24,631 nt of DNA. Origin: Candidatus Iainarchaeum sp. (GTDB lineage: Archaea; Iainarchaeota; Iainarchaeia; Iainarchaeales; 0-14-0-20-30-16). Location: NCBI GenBank assembly GCA_903916665.1, contig CAIWXP010000013.1, positions 1 through 24,631 on the forward strand, read 5' to 3'. The notes below the pieces were generated by a model. The model made no database searches, was not told the origin of the DNA, and worked only from the letters and a program-made list of their open reading frames with translations. Below are positions 21,887-24,631 of the stretch, in pieces; the first letter of the stretch is position 1, and every line of letters starts with the position of its first letter. A program made the position numbers and the translations under genes.

Positions 21887-22642
21887 ATGGGATTAAGACC
21901 AGCAAGATGTTTTAGAAAAGTAGAAAGAGCGTTCACAAGAATAGCTCCAAAAGTTCAGAGAAAGAACTTCCTAGGTGGTGTACCAGGGGTAAGAACAAGA
22001 GATTTTACCATGGGAAACCAAACTAAAAACTTTAATACTCAATTTGATGTAATTTCACAGGAAAGTATGCAAATTAGAGATAACGCAATAGAAAGCATGA
22101 GACAAAAATTAGTTAAGAAATTAACTGATTTGGTGGGAAAAGATGGTTTTGTAATAAAAATCAGATTATACCCTCATCACGTTTTAAGAGAGCACAAGTC
22201 AGCATCAGGAGCTGGAGCAGATAGAGTATCAAAAGGAATGAAGCATCCCTACGGTAAAAACACAGGTAGAGCCATTCAAATTAGATACGGCCAAATGCTT
22301 TTGTCTATAGTTGTTGATAAGGCCAAAAAAGATAAAGTAAGACAAATAATTAAAGGTATTAAATACAAAGTTCATATGCCATTTATAATTAAAGAAAAGG
22401 AACACCTAAACCAAATCCTATCTGGTAAGAAGAAATGGACTAGAGAGGCAAAGGTTGTAAAGATCAAGGAAGCAGAAGCAGCACCAGTTGCAGCAGCACC
22501 AGTTAAAGGCGGAAAAGGAATGCCTGCAGTTGCCGCACCAGTTGCAGCAGCACCAGTTAAGGGTGGAAAAGCACCTGCAAAAGGAAAAGCAGCTCCCGTT
22601 GAAAAGGTTAAGAAAGCCGGTGTTAAAAAGTTAATGAGATAA
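21887..22642 (+). CDS. rpl10e: Ribosomal protein uL16 (L10e) with an Ala/Pro/Lys-rich C-terminal extension of about 75 aa
   Basis: The N-terminus MGLRPARCFRKVERAFTRIA...GGVPG...DFTMGN is canonical archaeal L10e. The conserved body ends near residue 175, and the tail EAEAAPVAAAPVKGGKGMPAVAAPVAAAPVKGGKAPAKGKAAPVEKVKKAGVKK follows. Confidence 0.9.
   Translation: MGLRPARCFRKVERAFTRIAPKVQRKNFLGGVPGVRTRDFTMGNQTKNFNTQFDVISQESMQIRDNAIESMRQKLVKKLTDLVGKDGFVIKIRLYPHHVLREHKSASGAGADRVSKGMKHPYGKNTGRAIQIRYGQMLLSIVVDKAKKDKVRQIIKGIKYKVHMPFIIKEKEHLNQILSGKKKWTREAKVVKIKEAEAAPVAAAPVKGGKGMPAVAAPVAAAPVKGGKAPAKGKAAPVEKVKKAGVKKLMR
22481..22573 (+). repeat. Two copies of a 39-nt near-identical segment spaced 54 nt apart (18-aa period) inside the uL16 tail
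   Basis: GCACCAGTTGCAGCAGCACCAGTTAAAGGCGGAAAAGGA (22481-22519) versus GCACCAGTTGCAGCAGCACCAGTTAAGGGTGGAAAAGCA (22535-22573). The segment is locally much more GC-rich than its surroundings. Confidence 0.8.
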
Positions 22643-22682
22643 GGGTAATTCCTTATTTCTTATTCTGGGCTTATTTTGGCCC

Positions 22683-22697
22683 TTCTTTTTTTATTTT
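22683..22697 (+). terminator. Oligo-T tract after rpl10e; candidate archaeal terminator
   Basis: TTCTTTTTTTATTTT follows a weak GGGC...GCCC hairpin (22667-22682), in the 73-nt convergent gap before the methyltransferase gene end. Confidence 0.3.
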
Positions 22698-22715
22698 ACT
22701 ATATTTACAATTAGT

Positions 22716-23381
22716 TTATAATTTTCCTTTTACTATAAAATGTCTTTCACTTACTTGTTCTACTGTTAATTTTTTATCTAGATTTGCCTGTGTTAATTGT
22801 TGCTTAATTTCATCTAATGTAAATGCGGCCAAAAGAGAATTATAAAAATCTTGTTTTAATGTTTCTGATTCATTTCCTGAAACTGTTTCAACAATTTGTT
22901 TTGCTTTTTCTTTTGATTCTGCTCGAATTAAATCCATAACATAAACAATGGTTCCTGGTCTTGAAAACTCTTTTATTTTATTCCATAAAATCATAGGATC
23001 TGGTAAATGATGTAATAGATCTTTTGATATAATTAAATCATAGTCATCAATTAATTTTAAATCAGATAAATATTCTTTTTTAAATTTAATTTTATATTTA
23101 ATTTTTGCATTAACCATTGCATCTTTAGCTAATTCTAACATTGGTTGTGATGCATCAACAGCTAAAATACCTATGTCTCGTTTTGCTTTTGCTAACCTTA
23201 TACAAACATCGGCGGGGCCGCAACCTAAATCTAAAACATAGATAAATAAGTTAGAATATTTAATTAAACTGTCAACAAAGAATTGATTTGAAACAGAAAA
23301 ATCAGCTTTCGCATAGCAAGCAGCTTGTTCTTTGTCAGACATTATTTCTTTTTCTAATATCCTTTCGATAGAAACACCCAA
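22716..23381 (-). CDS. Class I SAM-dependent methyltransferase
   Basis: Motif I VLDLGCGPAD, post-I ILAVDASQPML and motif IV-like DLIISKDLLHHLPD. The tracked start is TTG 23381; ATG 23342 (MSDKEQ...) is an alternative start. Confidence 0.75.
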   Translation of the reverse strand: MGVSIERILEKEIMSDKEQAACYAKADFSVSNQFFVDSLIKYSNLFIYVLDLGCGPADVCIRLAKAKRDIGILAVDASQPMLELAKDAMVNAKIKYKIKFKKEYLSDLKLIDDYDLIISKDLLHHLPDPMILWNKIKEFSRPGTIVYVMDLIRAESKEKAKQIVETVSGNESETLKQDFYNSLLAAFTLDEIKQQLTQANLDKKLTVEQVSERHFIVKGKL

Positions 23382-23423
23382 CTATTTAAAATAAAAAAAT
23401 AGAAATAAAAGAAATTAATTCTT

Positions 23424-23627
23424 CTATTCAACTTTTGCTTTTTTAGCTCTTTTTGTTTCTCTTACCAAATAACCAGATATTCTGTTTACTGTTTTTTTAG
23501 ACATTGGTAATTTTAAACTTGAAATAGTCTTTTTATTTTGTTCAAAATCATCACCTAATTTGTCACCCAATTGTTCTTTCATATAAACAGATTTTGTTTT
23601 CAAAGGTTTTTGCATTGAATTTCCCAT
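23424..23627 (-). CDS. rps17e: Ribosomal protein eS17 (S17e)
   Basis: 67 aa. DDFEQNKKTISSLKLPMSKKTVNRISGYLVR matches the archaeal S17e core (DFE-x-NKK...SKK-x-RN-x-I-A/S-GY). Confidence 0.7.
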   Translation of the reverse strand: MGNSMQKPLKTKSVYMKEQLGDKLGDDFEQNKKTISSLKLPMSKKTVNRISGYLVRETKRAKKAKVE

Positions 23628-23639
23628 TTAATCACCTAA

Positions 23640-23819
23640 TTATAATTTATTTTTAACTACTTTCAAAGGAGTTTTTCCTTCTTTAAATTCAGCTTCTGCC
23701 AATCTAACAGAATTTGGTTCCTTTGATGCTTTGCTCAAATATACTGGAGCATTATCGCTTATTTGCAATGCTCTTGCAGATAGCATTCTTACTCTTTCAT
23801 ATTTTGTTAATTTTTCCAT
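23640..23819 (-). CDS. rpoK: DNA-directed RNA polymerase subunit Rpo6/RpoK (59 aa; absent from the supplied ORF track)
   Basis: Manual translation of the minus strand gives MEKLTKYERVRMLSARALQISDNAPVYLSKASKEPNSVRLAEAEFKEGKTPLKVVKNKL. LTKYE-R-x-R-x-L-x-ARALQIS...AP...A-x-x-E...G-x-x-P is the Rpo6/RpoK signature. The gene ends 12 nt upstream of the rps17e start. Confidence 0.8.
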   Translation of the reverse strand: MEKLTKYERVRMLSARALQISDNAPVYLSKASKEPNSVRLAEAEFKEGKTPLKVVKNKL

Positions 23820-23896
23820 AGTATCAACTCGCTAAATAGAATAAAACTCGTTTAATATATATATTTTATATAGTGCTTTTTAAAAATCAATGCTCT

Positions 23897-24631
23897 TTAT
23901 TCCTTTTTCTCTTCTAGACCCGCATCTTTAATTTTGGCCTCTAACAAATCCCCATACTTATCAATAAATCCTTCTAATTTGCTTTTTTCTCCAGGATTTG
24001 GTGCTAATTTACCAGCTAGTATTTCTGCCATTTTACTAAATTCCATGGGGAATATAATCTTTGAAGATGCGCCCTTAGACATTTCTTCCAAAGCTTTTAT
24101 GTAGTAATAAGTAATAGAATTGCCACTTAAGTTTGAAGCTGCTTTATTTATGGCTTCAATTTTTTCTCTTTCGGCCTCAGCCAATTGAACTATTGCTAAT
24201 CTATCTTGAGTTGCTGCCTTTTGTCTATTCATTGCGTCTACAACCTTATCTGGTATAATTATTTCCTTTAATTCAACACTTTCAACTGAGATACCCCAAT
24301 CTCCAGACATGTGGGCTAATTCTGTAACCATTCTTTTATTCAAATCATTTATGTTTCCAATAACTTCACTCAAAACCATTGAACCAATAACTTCTCTTAT
24401 TGTTGATTTAATAAATAATTGTGCAGCTTGCTTATAATCATCAATTGCAAAAACAGAATTAATAACACTTTGTGGATCTTTTCGAACATATAAATAAATT
24501 ACCGCATCAATTTTAATTGAAACATTATCTTTAGTTATAACATCCTGTTTTGGAACTTCTAAAGTTTGTGTTCTTAAATCAACTAATTTAAAAGTTTCAA
24601 TACCTGGAATCATAAAAGCCCAACCAGGACC
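23897..24631 (-). CDS. SPFH/band-7 (stomatin/prohibitin-like) domain protein; the 5' end lies outside the window
   Basis: The frame stays open to the window edge (GPGWAFMIPGIE...). DLRTQTLEVPKQDVITKDNVSIKIDAVIYLYV...WGISVESVELKEI...A-E-rich helix is typical SPFH. Confidence 0.8.
   Translation of the reverse strand, partial: GPGWAFMIPGIETFKLVDLRTQTLEVPKQDVITKDNVSIKIDAVIYLYVRKDPQSVINSVFAIDDYKQAAQLFIKSTIREVIGSMVLSEVIGNINDLNKRMVTELAHMSGDWGISVESVELKEIIIPDKVVDAMNRQKAATQDRLAIVQLAEAEREKIEAINKAASNLSGNSITYYYIKALEEMSKGASSKIIFPMEFSKMAEILAGKLAPNPGEKSKLEGFIDKYGDLLEAKIKDAGLEEKKE

Noticed and set aside
1-24631. CRISPR arrays, tRNA/rRNA genes, transposases or integrases, and terminal inverted repeats marking a mobile island
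   Set aside because: I saw no periodic direct repeats with spacers, no GC-rich cloverleaf-capable segments in the short intergenic gaps, and no recombinase-like ORFs. The only DNA-level repeats are the short uL16 tail repeat and the ribosome-binding-site/start duplication near 2026-2114.

Overview
The window is a strongly AT-rich, very compact stretch with short or overlapping gene junctions, and its gene content is clearly archaeal. The archaeal markers are Orc1/Cdc6, ribosomal proteins uL16 (L10e) and eS17, RNA polymerase subunit Rpo6/RpoK, a class I CCA-adding enzyme, a TrmB-family regulator, class III (prepilin-like) signal peptides and an archaeosortase-family protein. Small gene sizes, GGAGGTGAT-type ribosome-binding sites and the gene mix suggest a reduced-genome (DPANN-like) archaeon; that placement is inference only. 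I found no rRNA genes, tRNA genes, CRISPR array, transposase or integrase. Housekeeping genes include purF, rnz, cca, an AsnRS-paralog asparagine-synthetase-like gene, an Lhr helicase with a PdeM-type phosphoesterase, orc1/cdc6, rpl10e, rps17e, rpoK, a SAM methyltransferase and an SPFH protein. The most interesting region is a minus-strand cluster at 9065-13354, directly downstream of rnz. It encodes a divergent LMW-PTP-like phosphatase, a MORC/Hsp90-type GHKL ATPase fused to a PEP-utilizer 'swivel' phosphohistidine domain, and two large helical proteins in which I recognise no family. I do not recognise this combination as a described system; it may be a new phosphotransfer or conflict module. 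Other notable points: (1) a Nob1-like PIN nuclease domain is fused to the CCA-adding enzyme, and that gene is divergent from RNase Z. (2) The Lhr helicase is interrupted by one in-frame TAA. (3) Four translationally coupled pilin-like genes are led by a transglutaminase-like protein whose catalytic Cys position reads Gln, and they end convergent with a miniature archaeosortase. (4) uL16 carries an Ala/Pro/Lys-rich C-terminal extension containing a tandem repeat.
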